Shown in pieces: positions 48,550 through 62,394 of a stretch of DNA of 64,000 nucleotides. The notes beneath the pieces were generated by a model, which saw nothing but the letters and a program-made list of their open reading frames with translations, was not told the origin of the DNA and did not search any database. This DNA is from Lama glama (Eukaryota). Position 1 is the stretch's first letter; every line of letters starts with the position of its first letter. The stretch is taken from assembly GCA_028534125.1 (NCBI GenBank), contig CM052817.1, positions 45,758,001 to 45,822,000 of the forward strand. The letters are read 5' to 3'. Position numbers and translations under genes: made by a program.

Positions 48550-50661
48550 GGGACAGAGGAGAGCACTCAGACTCAATGCATCCCATCTACCTGACAACCA
48601 GGGCAGGGATGCTGCACGGACTTCCCTAAATCCAGATGCCCGCTGGGAGTAAGGAAGGGAGCAAACCCTGAGCTGAAGAGACGTGAGCCCAAAGGGTCTG
48701 AGCTGTAAACCTCAAGAATTAAATTGAAGCAGTACCATCAGGTATTTCTGTTTGCAATGAAAATTGGGGCAGGTAAAGCCAAGTTCAGGTATGGAAAAGT
48801 GAAGAAAGTTGCACCGTTTTGTCTGTCTCAGCAGCTTTCCTTCATTTAAGAGCCACGTGTTTCTGAAAAATATTACCTGTAGGATCCTTTAATTTTTTGA
48901 CCCCAGAAAAATTAAACGTACTTTTTATGCAAGGACAGATTACTGTCTGTGAACAGAGCTATCTGCCTTCTCACATTCACTCTCCACCCTTCGAGGGGAG
49001 TCAGGGTGCGGCTTCTCAAACTTAGTTATTCCTGGGAGTCCTTTACAGGGAGCATTTCTCACTTATTAAAAAAAATGAGATTTTTACAGCCTCAGGTATC
49101 CTATGCTTCTCCACTCCCTAATTTGCATGTGCTTAATCAATTCCTTGTTTTTCATTCTTCAAAAATCCAATCCAAATGCCTCCCTGTGTTGATGATATCT
49201 CCAACTCACAGCCAGAGAGGTCTGTTACACACAAGCCTAGCTCTCTGCAAGATTTCATGAGCCTATGTTCCTCAGGCGGTAAAGGTCAACCTGACAAATT
49301 GTCAAATCCGGAGAAGCTGTTCCTCCCAGCAGTAAGCGCTTTTCAGATCATTTTGCTTTTAAAGATCCCCCCCACCTCTTGTTTTTAATAGAAGAGGAAG
49401 AGGGGAGAAAAGATAGTGATACATTTTGCTCAGTCTGATTTAGTTACAAATCAATAGCTTTCCCCAGTGCAAAGAGAATGTTACTCCCTTTACAGCTCCA
49501 GGTCTGGTAGATTCCCGAAAGGCCAGGGAACAAGCACGTCAAGAATTATGCCTCACTTCAGAGCTGTAATTTTTTTTCTTTATTTTTCTCCTGAAAGATG
49601 ATAGCAGTATTTCCAAAAGTTAGGAGTGAAATGATTGTAGTAAACGTATTTATTACTCCCTTTTGCAAATTGTGGAGTGCTAGCTCTCTGATATTCTAAC
49701 CTATTTTCTGAGACTTTCTGTATACAGTGTATTTATAGGTACAGGTGCTTTTTCTTTGGAAAAAGGCCCCTTTGTACTGGAATCTGAAGGAAAAAAGAGT
49801 TTAAATTGGATGTATTTAAAAATAATCTTCTGAATCAACATATACAGAACAATGTGTCATCAAATATTCTTTATCTCTCACACACAGACACATTATCAAG
49901 GAAAACTCTGAGGCCAGGGAGATATCTTCAACTTGAGATGAGAACTCAAGGATGAGGACCCTTGCACTGGTTTGAGATTGAACTAAATACTGATAAAATC
50001 ACTTCCAAATTTGAGGCTTGCTTACTCAGGTAATTCAAGCTCTTGTATTTTATTTGGCATTAATGATTTGAAGGATTCAGGTGATGACATTTTAGGGTGT
50101 ATGTATCATTCAAGTTCAAAGTCATGTTTCATTTGTAGTTTTCTTGAGCTGGATGGGTTCTATTTTCCATATTTCATCTAATGTAGAGCCTGGAGGTGGT
50201 GTTGGAATTCTACCAGTTATCAGAATATCATAACTCCTTCTAAATCATTACTTTTCATCCTTCAAGCAAAAATTTTCCCCTCATTTAAAACTCCTACCTT
50301 CAGATTTTATCACCTTCCTTGGTATCGTTCAAGTCTGCTGGTCTCTATCTCCCCATGTTATCTCATCAAATCACATAATATATGACTTCAGCACCTATGG
50401 TATTAATAATTTACCAACCTGGCGTCAAAGTTCCCTGATATCCTTGGCTTCAGTCGTTATCATCTAGACTGCAGAAATCTATATCCATGGGCACATCTAT
50501 GACCTTATTTGGTACAACTGTTCCATGTCTGGAATTCTAAATTTCGTTTTACTGTAACCTCCAAACTCAGATTGTCTTTGACTTCATTGAAATTCTTGAC
50601 TCAACTATTTCATCCCAGTTTTCACTCTCCTTTATGAATTAATTTTCTTCTCTTTCTAGAT

Positions 50662-51590
50662 CTCTTAGTTAAGATTGCATTACACTGCAGGAAATAGAAA
50701 ATTCAACCAGTGGTTTGGCTTAAATCAGTAGGTGCTTATTTTTCTCATGTAACAGAAAGTTTAGAGGTAGGAGGTCACTATAGGGATTTTAGCCACGATG
50801 TATTAATTTTCTAGGACTGCTGTAACAAAGTGCCACAAACTGAGTAACTTAACAGAAATTTATTGATTCACACTTCTGGAAGCTAGAAGTCCAAGATCAA
50901 GGTGACAACAAGGCAGGTTTCTTCTGAGGTTGGTGAGGAAGGATCTGTTCCTTGTCCCTCTCCCAACTTCTGATGTTTTGCTGGCAATCTTTGGTGTTCT
51001 TTGGCTTGTAGAAGCATCTCCTGGTCTCTCTTTTCATCTTCATATGCAATTTTTCTTTTTGTAAGGAAACCAGGCACTTTGGATTAAGACTTACTCTCAT
51101 GTCCCCATTTTAACTTGATTACCTCTGTAAAATCCCTATCATTTAAATAAAGTCACTCTGTGAGGTACTGGCACTTAGGACTTCAATATACGAATTCAGA
51201 GGGACACAATTCAAACTATAACAAGCTTTGTGCCGTCGTCATGGATCCAGGCACTCTTCACCCTTTCTCCCCACCACCTTCAGCCTGTGGACTTTGATTC
51301 TTGTGCATGTTACCTCACGCTTAACAGACAGCTGCTGCACCCTAGGATGGCTCCATGTTCCTGGCAGGAAACAGAAGAAAGTGTAAAGGGCCACGCTGTT
51401 TGTATCCACTCCTTCTTGCCAGGAAAGCAACTGTGTCTTTGTTTTCTACATCATTGTTCAGAACTAGGTCAGGAGGTCAACTTCAGCTGAAATAAAAACA
51501 GGAGATAAAATATTTAGCTTCCCAGTCTCAATAGGAGAGGAAGACAAGGGAGAAGAAGGTTAGGAATGGGTGTTGAGTGAACCTCTCTGT
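50662..51590 (-). mobile_element. Old MLT1 (J/K/L-like) LTR split by a younger MLT1C
   Basis: ttagttaagattgcatt...ggcttaaatcag...tttctcatgtaacagaaagtttagaggtagg, resuming after 51223 with ggatccaggcactctt...cattgttcagaactaggtca. Confidence 0.6.
50799..51223 (-). mobile_element. MLT1C-like MaLR solo LTR
   Basis: TGtattaattttctaggactgctgtaacaaagtgccacaaactg...ctagaagtccaagatcaaggtg...gggacacaattcaaactataaCA. Confidence 0.88.
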
Positions 51591-51599
51591 ATTAATTGT

Positions 51600-54115
51600 T
51601 TATCTTACCAGCTTTAACCATGTATATATATATATTTTCACCATTCCTCTGATATCCTCACTATGTTTCTATTTGTGACATCTACTTTGCTAATATCCAA
51701 CCATCTGCCTTCTCTGTTACAACATCCAGAGCTGGTGAGAGCTCCTGGAGGAAGCCACCCATCACCTGAATGAGAACCACTGCTAATCCATGTTCTCCAA
51801 CCAAAAGGGTCTTTAGTATTATTTAGAAATACCAGTACACATCTCTGATCAGCTCCCTCTTCTGTTCACCACTGAGATTCCAAATTCTTTGGTTTTCTTC
51901 ATTTACTCCCCTGCAGCCCACACTCTCTCACTAGGAAAACTGTGGTTATTACTGTGAACAGTCTCAATTTCCCTTTTCCCTACTTTACTGTCTCAACTTT
52001 CCTTCTAGTTCCCTAGTCCCCTTTGGCTTGTTCAGAGTTGATTCCTTAATATAGGCTGTTATTTCCTCTTGCCTCCCCTGGGACCTTGCTGCATGGGTTA
52101 CTCCTGTTGTCCATTTTTCACCCTTTCTCCACTCCCTTCTTTTTTACCTATAAACATGTCCAAGTCTCAGCTACAAAATAAATAAATAAATAAATCCATC
52201 CTTCCCTCCACACCTATGCTTTTCTCCAGTCCACCACTCTTCTCTTTCTTCTTGTCTTCATGATAAGCTTCTTGGAAGGATCCCCTTTACTTGTTGTCTT
52301 CATCTCTTCCCCTTTCAGTCACTCTTAAACTTACTATAATCAGAACCTTGATAATCTACTAAAATTGCTGAGGTAATTTCCAGTGAGCTCCAAAGTGCCA
52401 AGTCCAATCAACTGTTTTTAGTTCCCATCTTATATAACTTATTTGAGGCATCTGACAGGAAATTTCTAATCCTGTGGCTTCTGAGATACGGCTCTCTTAA
52501 CTCTCCTCCTCTCTTACTTTTCTTTCTGTCTTTTCCTGGCTTCTCTTCCATTACATGTATTTTGTTCTTTTTTTAAATTGATTTACTATATTAGTTTCAG
52601 GTGTACAGTAAAATGATTTGGTTATACACATACATGTATATATCTATTTTTTAAAATTATTTTACATTATAGCTTATTATAAGATATTGAATATAGATCC
52701 TTGCACTATACAGTAAGCCCTTGTTGTTTATCTTATATATGGTAGCGCACGTCTGTTAATCCCATACTCCCAGTTTATCCCTCCTTGCCTTTCCTTTTGG
52801 TAACCATAAGTTTGTTTTCTCTGTCTGTCGGTCTGTTTCTGTTCTGTAAATAAATTTATTTGTACTAGTTTTTTAGATTCCACATATAATTGATATCATA
52901 TGATACTTGTCTTTCTGTCTGATTTTGCTTCACTTAGTTTGATAATCCCTAGGCCCATCCATGTTGCTTCAGATGGTATTATTTCATTTCATTCTTTTTA
53001 TGACTGAGTAGTATTCCATTGTGCACGTGTACCACATCTTCTTTATCCATTCATCTGGTGCTAGACACTAGGTTGCTTCCATGTCTTGGCTGTTATAAAT
53101 AGTGCAGTTACCTTTACGTGTATTTTGCATGTTGCGTCTTCCTGAAGTTTTGTTCTTGGCCTCCTTCTCTGTTGGTTCTCCAGTTTCTATTTGGGTAATC
53201 TCGTCTATTCCCACATTTTCAACATGAGTCAAATCTCTGCCCATCTCTCCCTTAAAAGTTCTGATTATGTCAAACCACTTACCAGATGTTGATAACTAGC
53301 ATTTCACAGGCATCTTAAACTCAACTTGTTCAAACTCAGATTTATCATCTGCTTTTCCTCCTTCCTTTTCTACCCTGGTGAAAATGGGTCCTGCATCCTC
53401 CTAGCTACTATTTTTTGTATTCTCACCACTGAATGATCATCACATTTTAAGGAGTTCTTACAGTTAAATTTCTTTCCTTTTGTCCCCTGCTCCTTTTACT
53501 CAGATCATTACCTTTTCCTTATCTAGAGAAGTAGGCCTAACTGATGTACCTCCCTCCTGTCTTAAGCCCAAAGAGCCATCCTCCAACCTCTACACCACTG
53601 TCACAGTAGCTCCCAACTCAAATTATGCCCCTGCTTGAAAGGATGCTTATCAACATGACACAGTCTGCATTCTTTGTTTTGCTGTGAAGATGCCACAAAA
53701 CCAACTCTTGTCTCCTTCCTAGGCCTTGCCTCTTGCTGTCCCTCCCATTTCCACATACCCTGTGTTTGAGCTATATCAAATTATTTGCAGAGTTCAGTGA
53801 AAAGACCATTCAATCTTTTTTTACACATAATGCCTTTGGCAATATATCCCCTTGGCCAGCAATATCCTCTGTCATCATTTGATGATTATCTACTCATTTG
53901 TAGCACTTCTATTATGAAGACCTCACCCCTTCTCCATTCTTCAGGGAGAAATGCCTACTCTCTTTTGTGCTTCTTCCATATCCTTATGTTAAAGGTTCTC
54001 AACTTATTTACATGTCTGCCCTCCTTTCTAGATTCTAACGAGATGAGAGCAGCAACTGACCCTTGTGTGTCTGTGTGTTCACATCACCTATAAAGCCTGG
54101 CATGCAGTTGCTAAG
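51600..54115 (+). mobile_element. Long decayed L2 (interrupted by L1)
   Basis: Pyrimidine-rich L2 body: cacaggcatcttaaactcaacttgttcaaactcaga; tail acatcacctataaagcctggcatgcagttgct. Confidence 0.65.
52565..53113 (-). mobile_element. L1 3' end with TSD
   Basis: ttagtttcaggtgtacag...tatccattcatctg...ggttgcttccatgtcttggct. TSD TTACATGTATTTTG (52551-64) vs TTACGTGTATTTTG (53114-27). Confidence 0.88.
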
Positions 54116-54149
54116 AAGGTATGAAGGAACTCCTGTTTAGTGAAGTAGA

Positions 54150-55560
54150 AGGTCATACTGAGTTTAAAATTTAAAACATGAGGTTCAAGTATTGGGAGCC
54201 ACTTTCAGTGTAAACAGGGAATTCGTTGGATCAGACTTATGCTTTAAAATGATCACTTAGGCATTAATGGATTAGATTTAGGGGATAAATATATGAGGAG
54301 ACCAGCTGGGGGCTGGGCTTGCTGCTGTCTTGGTGGAGATTGTAGTTTGCGCTGGAGAAAGCATAAGTTTGAGATATGTGAAAGAGAACAATCACGTATT
54401 AGTCATTTACTGCTTCATAGCAAATTACCCCCAAAATTGAGTGACTTGAAACAGCAAACATTTATTATCTCATAGTTTTGTGGGTCAGAAATTTATGAGC
54501 AGCTTAGTTGGGTGAGTCTAGTTCAGAGTCTCTCCTGAGATTGCAGTCAAGATGTTGACTGGGGCTGTGGTCTCCTGAAGCCTTGACTGGGGCTAGAGGA
54601 CCCATTTTCAAGAAGACTCATGTGGTCTCTGCCTGGAGGCTTCAGGTCTTTGCCAGCTCCATACTACAGGCTTTGGTTCCATGTCTGTTGGATCAATCCA
54701 TAGGGTCCGCTTGAGGGTTTCCATGGTATAGCAACTGACCTCCTCTAGAGCCAGGCATCTAAGAGACATCATTGCTAAAGAGTGATGATGCCTTAATGAC
54801 CTGCTCACACACTGTCACTTCCTAGGTTTCCTATTCAGTGGAAATGAGGCAGCCACTGAGTTCAGTCTTCCTTTGAAGGCAGTGGAACTGGGTTCCATCT
54901 TTTAAAGAGAGGGATGTGAAGAATTTATGGACATACTTTATAACCATCACAGACAGGATGCTGTTACTATAGTCCAGGCTAGAAGCAATGAGGCTTGGGA
55001 TAGTACAGTGGCAGTAGGATAAAAGTGGAGGAGGATAAGATAAATTTAGAAACTTGAGTTACCAGAATTGGTGATTATGGATATTGTAGATGAGAAAGAT
55101 GGAGGGAGATTAGGGTATATGTGGGATTCTAGCTCGAGCAGAAAGTTGAATTCTGGTGCCCTTAATGGAAAAGGTCACTGCAGAAAGAAGAGCAGGTCTA
55201 ATAGTGGAATATGAGGAAGGACATGGAAGGGGCATGTTGGGCAGGGGCTTGTTGAATTTTGCAGGGTTGGTGAAACATCGCCGTGGAGGTGTCCAGCAGG
55301 TATCTGTCTATACCAATCTGCTTGGAGATTTGCATTTAGGAAGTAATGGCCATTCAAAGGGTTGTAACATCCAAGGGCAGTTTCGTTCACCCAGGGAATG
55401 CTTGGGGAGGAGGGAGAGCCAGAGGAAGAAGATGGCAGCCAGCGGGACACTGGTGTGAAGGGAATGACCAGTGAAATAGGTGCCTAGGAAAGGGATCAAG
55501 AACAGCTGTCAGAGACCCAGGAAAGTGCACAGTCATGACAAGAAAGTGAAAAAAGAAAGC
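54150..55560 (-). mobile_element. L2 fragment interrupted by an MLT1 LTR
   Basis: ggatcagacttatgctttaaaatgatcact; ctgttactatagtccaggctagaagcaatgaggc; catcgccgtggaggtgtccagcagg. Confidence 0.65.
54396..54951 (-). mobile_element. MLT1E/F/G-like MaLR LTR
   Basis: gtattagtcatttactgcttcatagcaaattacccccaaaattgagtgacttgaaacagcaaacatttattatctcatag...taaccatcaCA. Confidence 0.8.
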
Positions 55561-56689
55561 TTCAGCACTGAGGGAGCGTTTCCCTTTCAAAAACTTTAAT
55601 TGAAATCCAGACATCCACGACTGTTTCAAGAGGTGGTTTTTCCCAGAGTGCTCAAAGTCACGCTGTGGAGAAGGCTTGGTGTCCTCTCTCATTCTTGGCT
55701 CTTAATCTTGATTCCACTTGATTTCGGGGGGTCCTTCCTTCCTCTAAGGAAGTTAATCAATACTCTTTTCATCAAAGCCACACAAGTGCCCCGTCCTTGT
55801 CCTCCCCTGAAACTCTGCTGACTGAGACTTCAGTCTTGCCTTTGGAGTTTAAGGATCTAGTATATTAACCTAAACCAATGTAGCATCAGTGCCCTCACAA
55901 TACTCGTTTCCTTAAAACTTAATTTTAAACCTTTTCCCTTTGATGTGATAGCTTATACCTGTGATATTACATATGCTTATATATATATATATATACACAC
56001 ATATATTATAAACTGTGTATTATAATTCACAGGATTATTTATTTTTATTTTCTGTTGTACATAAATCATAATGGCTCTGAATAATACATATTATACATAA
56101 TATTATTTATGTGATATTTGTCATTCTTGGCTGGTTTCTATTTTTTAAGGAATTATAGACTCTCAGAGTATCTTCAGGTATCAGCTTCCTTCTGGTTTAG
56201 GAATCTCTTTTATAATATTCCTACCAAAATGATCATTCAGGCTGTTAAAGACTTCCATGAGCTCATTGCATTTCAGGTAGCCCTTCCATTGTTGGTTGAG
56301 TGCATGATAATTTTTGAACGTGACCTTCACTAGCCCACAGTGTGTCTCTGTGGAATTAGAAGTGAGTACTCCCTGTGGGAATGCACAAGTTTTCGCAAGC
56401 CGGAGGCACCCCCTTGAGGAACTGTTATCACAACGCCCCTTGTAGACTGTTCCTATGGTGGGTGTAGGCCTTGCTGCCGTGTTGGTATCTTTGTATGAAG
56501 ATAAAGGTGAACTGAATGAGACTGTGGCCCTACTCATCCTCTCAGTCAACACCAATCTGTAGTGCAAGGACTGCAGGGCTGTGAGCTCTGGCTTTGCCTC
56601 CAAATCCATCTCCCTGTGACTTTAACTCATTGATTTTAGCTCAGTGAATTTGAGAGGATGAGGTAAGTTCCATTTCCTTTTTCAGTACG

Positions 56690-57000
56690 ACAGTCTTCAG
56701 TTTTTGAAGAAACCTATCGCATTGTTACCTAAGACTTCTCTTCAGGGAAACTTTCATTCTTTGTTGAAAGGACATGGCTTTGAGACTGTATGATTCTGTA
56801 TTCTCCCCTGAAGATGGAGTCCAGTTTGTTATGTCTACTCTGATCTGAGTAAAACACTGTTCTGATTAGTGAGGTAGATGTTTCCTTTAACAGAACATTC
56901 ATTCACTGCATTTCTATGAATGTAGGCTAAGAAAATATGCATTTATTTTTTCTTGCCAGCTGCATTACCCAATTGTCATCTAAAATAGTCAGGCTTAATG
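56690..57000 (-). mobile_element. L3/CR1 fragment
   Basis: cttctcttcaggg...gacatggctttgagac...tccagtttgttatgtc...tttctatgaatgtaggctaaga resembles the L3 consensus. Confidence 0.5.
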
Positions 57001-58119
57001 CCCATCTTATTTTGTACAATTTAGTTCTCTGATTATAGATTCAGGACTTTTCTTTTATGCTTTTGTTTTTTAACACCTCTTTTGCTTGTGTGAAGGGTTT
57101 TATCATTCAATAGATGTTGGTATCCTTACTCTCAAATAGTGGGCCATCAATTCTTTGTGCATGTTTTTTTTATGTTTTTATGATCCTTAGCACAACTTAG
57201 GCTAAAGCCTTGGTTTGTTTTCATAGCGTTGGCACAGTGTGAACCACCTATTGTGTTTTTTCCTTTTTATTTATCTTTTGCTCACATAGCTGCACTCATA
57301 CATCAGCTAGAATTTCCCACCACATTTGGCTGGGGCCGTCCAGTGGTGGTATCACTTTGTCAGCTATAATAAAGTCTTTTGCGTGTACCAAGCATCTTGA
57401 GAACAGTTGTACCACAACTTTGGAAACTCAAAATGCGTTAGAGTGTGGTGTATCCTTTTCTCAGAGACAGGAAAAGGAAGCCAGGTAGCATCCACTGAAG
57501 TGGATGTCCAACGTCCATGTGGAGGGATATCTCGTAGTGGCCACTCTACCTTGCTTGGTGATATTCCCTGCTTAGCTAATTAAGGTATTTCATTTTACCC
57601 CAGGAGACGTGTCTCGCTGTGAGCCAGTGAACAAGTTCATGGGTTGGCATGAAATGTTTGGCTGCTTCCAAGGAAACTAATACCTACTTCAGAAAAGATT
57701 CAGCTGTGAGGCTGGCGTGTGAAGAGGGTTGTAGGGAAACATAAAGCAAAGCAGATCAGGGGTGCTAAACCTGAGGTCCATTGAAAGACACCTGGTCCTC
57801 CAATGTCTTGTTGCTTGATCTAATTGATGATATTCAGTTTTTTGGTTCTTTATTTGATAAAGCCCAAGCTCCCTAGAATGGTAGCCAAGTATTCAAGACT
57901 AAGAGTGGATTCCCCTTTTCCCAGCTTAGTCCTGTTCGGTTTCCTCTGTTTTAGACTGACATCTGGTGGTCATGAAGGATCAACCAATTGCCCCTGCAGC
58001 GAAGAATTCTATCAAGGCAAAGGCGTGGTCATTTTGTGGTCAGCTCTTGCCAGGAATTACTCCACAGGATTATTTATTTTTTATTTTCCGTTGTACATAA
58101 ATCAGAGTGGCTGTCAGAA

Positions 58120-58500
58120 TTTAACCACACTTATCAAAGTCTTTAAAGATACTTAAAGTATTTTGACCTAGCATTACCACTTTAAAAAATATATCTCAAA
58201 GAAAGGCATGCAGACAGATTTATGGGTAAGTGTCTACTTCAAAGTATAATTTATTACAGTAAATTTGGGACTAACCCGGATGTTCAAAAATAAGGATTGT
58301 TAAAATTAGAGTGTTCCATTACACAGTGCACTCGTACTTTAGAGGAACTTTTAATGACATGGGAAAATGTTTATGAAGTATTATGACGTGAACAAAACCA
58401 ATTAAAAAACTAGTAAACTTCACGATCCTGCTTTTGTTTTTTTGTATATTTCCTCCTTTCATAGGCATGAACATGTAATATTTTTGGAAGCAGAAAGAAA
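58120..58500 (+). mobile_element. Old L1ME-like fragment
   Basis: tttgacctagcattaccactttaaaaaatatatc...ttttaatgacatgggaaaatgtttatga. Confidence 0.5.
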
Positions 58501-59044
58501 AAAAATCGTAAATATTTTATAAATATGGTCATGTGTGTAGTAGAGTGTCAGTATCAACTTTTTTCAAAGTAACAAGTCCTTTAAGATATCTCCCCTGAAA
58601 CTTGTCCAGTAAACACGTTGCTATAGAATATTGGTGCAAAAGGTCATGAACAATTGCTTCACTGTTCCTGGGATCAGTAATAATCCAGGAAGCCTGAACA
58701 CAAGGCTGCCAACTTAAGTGTGCTAATGGGTCTGGTGGCTTAAACCAAAAGCTTGGTATTTCTTGCATGACTGTAAAGACTCATTAATTTGTTTCAAGGC
58801 TTATATTTTGCTTCTAAGAGTTGTTGGTGGGGATGTGGAAGAAGATGCAATTTAAATCACTGTGCAGTATGTGCCATGTAGGGCTCTGTTATGTAGTTGG
58901 ACACAGTCCATTTCTTAAAGCATTTTTAAGACATGGCTTTGAGACTTTTTTTCACTCTGAACAGGTATAAATACACTGCTTAGCTTGTTTCACTGTGTGA
59001 TTTGTCCAGAAAGAGAAGGTTAAAAGAATCTCACAGGCTTTCTT

Positions 59045-59196
59045 TCTCTCTTTTTTTTAATGAAGTATAGTTGATTTACAATGTTGTGTTAGTTTCTGGT
59101 GTGCAGCATGGTGATTCAATCATACATATATATTTACACGTCCTTTTTCAAATTCTTTTTCATTTTAGGTTATTACAAGATATTGGCCATGTTCCC
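59045..59196 (-). mobile_element. Short L1 3' end with TSD
   Basis: tgaagtatagttgatttacaatgttgtgttagtttctggtgtgcagc. TSD TCTCACAGGCTTTCTT (59029-44) vs TCTCACAGGTTTTCTT (59197-212). Confidence 0.88.
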
Positions 59197-60605
59197 TCTC
59201 ACAGGTTTTCTTCAATGGAGCCAGGAGCAGCTGCCCTTGGGTCCTGGGAGCAGCTGTGGGGCGAGCCAACGTCTCCTATATGTCCCTCTCAAGGGGTTTG
59301 ATGTTTCACAGTTGTTCACTTAATAGATTTGGACATAATTTCCACATAGGTGGTTAACATGCCACTTCTGTTTGCCCTAAGGGCACCAGGTGGCAGCTCC
59401 AAGAGGAGGAAAATAATTTTCAGAGATCCCCGCTGGCTAATCAGCACTCTTCAGTTCTCCTAATGAGATGGTTACACTTAGCCTTGCGGTCAGTGAAACT
59501 CTGATGGCTGTTACAGGAGAAGTTTATGATTTTCTCCCTTATAGGTATTAACACCATTGCTATTAGATTGATACACAGGAATTCAACTAATCCTCCAGCT
59601 TGAGTTCTGGGAATACACCTCCCTATGGATCTTTCACCACATTAATTCTGCTAAATTCCTGGCTGGGGCATAGCCAGTGTTGCTACTTAGTCATTTTCAA
59701 AGAAATAGAAATGAAATCTGACTGGCATACATGACCTGTGTGTGCTTCATAAATACACGGGCAAAGATAAGTTGGCTTATTCACCTAACTATTATCTTAC
59801 CTGATTTTAAATATGACTGTGCACAGCAGACTAGGGTTTTAGCTGTTGAGTAATTATTCCTCTTCTGTTGGTCATGTTTTAGGAAGGAATTCAGTAAATA
59901 CTCACTGGATGTTTTTATGTATGTTCTTTTATCTAAGTAAAACGTTCTCACAATAACAATCACTGGGAAATATGAGTCAAGGCACAAATATACACTTCAT
60001 ACATAGTCTTTTGCATGTAACACAGGGTCATGTTCTATCATCATAAAGATCTTTAAGGTGTGGTGGATGGAGTGTATCAGTGTCAGAGTTATAGAAAATC
60101 AAGGACAGAGAATTTGCTTTTCAAAGTTAGACCATTCTAAAGTCTCATTTTCTAACTTCAAATACAATTTTAACCTTTAAGAAATTATTCCCATATTCCT
60201 TCTGTTTAATGCACTTGCCTACTTTCTGAGGTTTATCATTCATCCATACTGTAGGGAAAACTTTTCCTTCTTTTTCTGATCCAGGAAACTATGCAGAAAA
60301 AAAAAGGTCTTTTACATAAGTGTGCTGAGCCTAAGTTGTTAGCCCAGAATTCCAGATGTTAGAAGTTCATGATGTAGAAGTAAGGAACAAACTATATTTA
60401 AAGGTATCTATTCTTAGGCTTTATACATTGAGGAATAAAGTGACAGAAGAAAAGGATATAGACTATAAAATACGCTAACATAAGGTTAATTCCAATTTAT
60501 TGAGTCTCTACTATGGTTTGTGTTCCTCGTTGCATGGTTGTTTATGTATATTAATATCATCTAAAGTAGTTTCTTGCCCAAACTTCCCCTTATCACTCTA
60601 GTTAA

Positions 60606-60815
60606 CAGTGCTAGTCAATAGAATTCTCTGTGGTAATGTTGAAATTCTGTATCAGAACCGTCCAATAGGGTAGTTCACCACAACCTGCGAGTGGCTATGG
60701 AGAATTTGAAACGTGGCTGCTATAGTCAAGGAACTGAATTCTCAGTTTTATTTAATTTTAATCAATTTCAACTTAAATAGCCACACGTGGTTACTGTGTC
60801 TGATGTAACACAGCT
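60606..60815. mobile_element. MER3-like hAT-Charlie MITE
   Basis: cagtgctagtcaatagaattctctg...gaactgaattctcagttttatttaattttaatc...aaatagccacacgtgg. Confidence 0.75.
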
Positions 60816-60819
60816 CCAC

Positions 60820-61020
60820 TCCATCACTGGTTTTATTATCCTCAGGGTACTTAGCACAAAGTGCAATTAACTTTTAAATCTTATTTATTTCCTTGTTAGT
60901 GGTCTATCCTCTCTTCACTAGGTTGGAAGCTCCCTGAGAGACCTGGTCTGTCTTTTCTCAGCTATATCTTTATTTCTGAGAATAGGGGTTGGTATGTAGT
61001 AGATACTCAAAATTATTTAC
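60820..61020 (+). mobile_element. L2 3' end
   Basis: ctaggttggaagctccctgagag...ggttggtatgtagtagatactcaaaattattt. Confidence 0.6.
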
Positions 61021-62394
61021 GAAAAATATTCAAGGATGTTATCAGTATGCCCACTCTACAGATGGTCAGGAGCAAAGAGGGAACTTACGTTGTGAAAGGT
61101 GGCAGGGATTTGAACTCTGGACTATCTGACTCAAGCTCAGAATCATTCCCTTCTCCCAGTCGGCCATAGCTGCATCCCTGGCTTCACTTCAGCCTCCGGG
61201 TAGCCGAGCCCCAAGGATGGAGACTGCTGTGGTTGAATTAACACAGAACGCTGCGTAGTCCCTGATCTGTTGCGGTTGTTGGCATTCTGGCCAGGAGTCT
61301 TTCAGGCATTTGAGTGAAGGTACAGTTCCAGAAATTTCAACACAAATATATTACCATTGAGGGATAATATTTTTAGCTAGAATTTCCCAGACTGTTCATA
61401 TCACTTAAGAATTACCCTGCTTCAGGTGGGGAAGGGAAGTTTCTGGAAATGCGTTTTTCCTAAAATGTATATACAATATATATGTAACACATCAATAAAA
61501 TACATTTTCTCATAATATGCTTAAGAAAAAGCTAGTCAAAAGTCCTAAGATGCTACATGTAGGAACCCAGAGGCTAGCCTGCACATTGATACACACTGAA
61601 GATTGACTATAGATGATCTTCAGGGTAACTGGTAGGCTGCCAATGTACCACTGCTTGCATTGTCTGAGTGGTTAACTTACAACAACATGACTGTGATATT
61701 GTCTTGTTTACTTTTTCTTAAACACTCATACTATACAAATGTATTTCTTATGTACCTGTGTCTGGAAGAGAGAATTTAAATAAAGAGCATTCAAACTGAT
61801 TTAAATAAACAAATCAACTCTTTCAAAGAAGGTGAACCACTGTAGACTCCACTTTCTTAAAAAATCAAGTTTTCAAGATGAAATAAAGGCTTTTTCAATG
61901 GCCAAGTGTGAGACTACTTGACTATTGGGAAACCTCAGTTTTATGCTCTTACCTTTGCTACTGTATGCCCGCACAGAACAAGATTTTCATTGGCTGTTAA
62001 TGGAGAAAAAATACAGGAATAGACTTAAGACAATGTCTGATACACGCTGTGACATGGCAACAACATTTCTAATATTAAGCAATATATAACTGACACAGAA
62101 TACCATTTTCATTAGAAAAAAAAACAGAAGTGTGAAATTAATGATTTTTTAACTTGACATACACCATCTTTTTTGTTAAGAGAATCCCTATCACTGACTA
62201 TATTCCATTGTTTTCATTTGTTTTGTCTTGTTTTGTTCTGTTAAAAGTATAAAGAAATGCACCTGAACTAATTCCGTGCATTTCTGGGAGGAAATAGTGA
62301 ACGTCTTTGACCATTTTTGCCAATCTTTTTAATCTAAGTGTATATTATATCTTACAAACTCCTTTTGGTGTTTTGCCAATAACTTAAAAGTTTT

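Noticed and set aside
56181..56609. 142-aa minus-strand ORF
   Set aside because: No homology I can recognise and no exon or retrocopy signatures; a BLASTp search would be needed to exclude it fully
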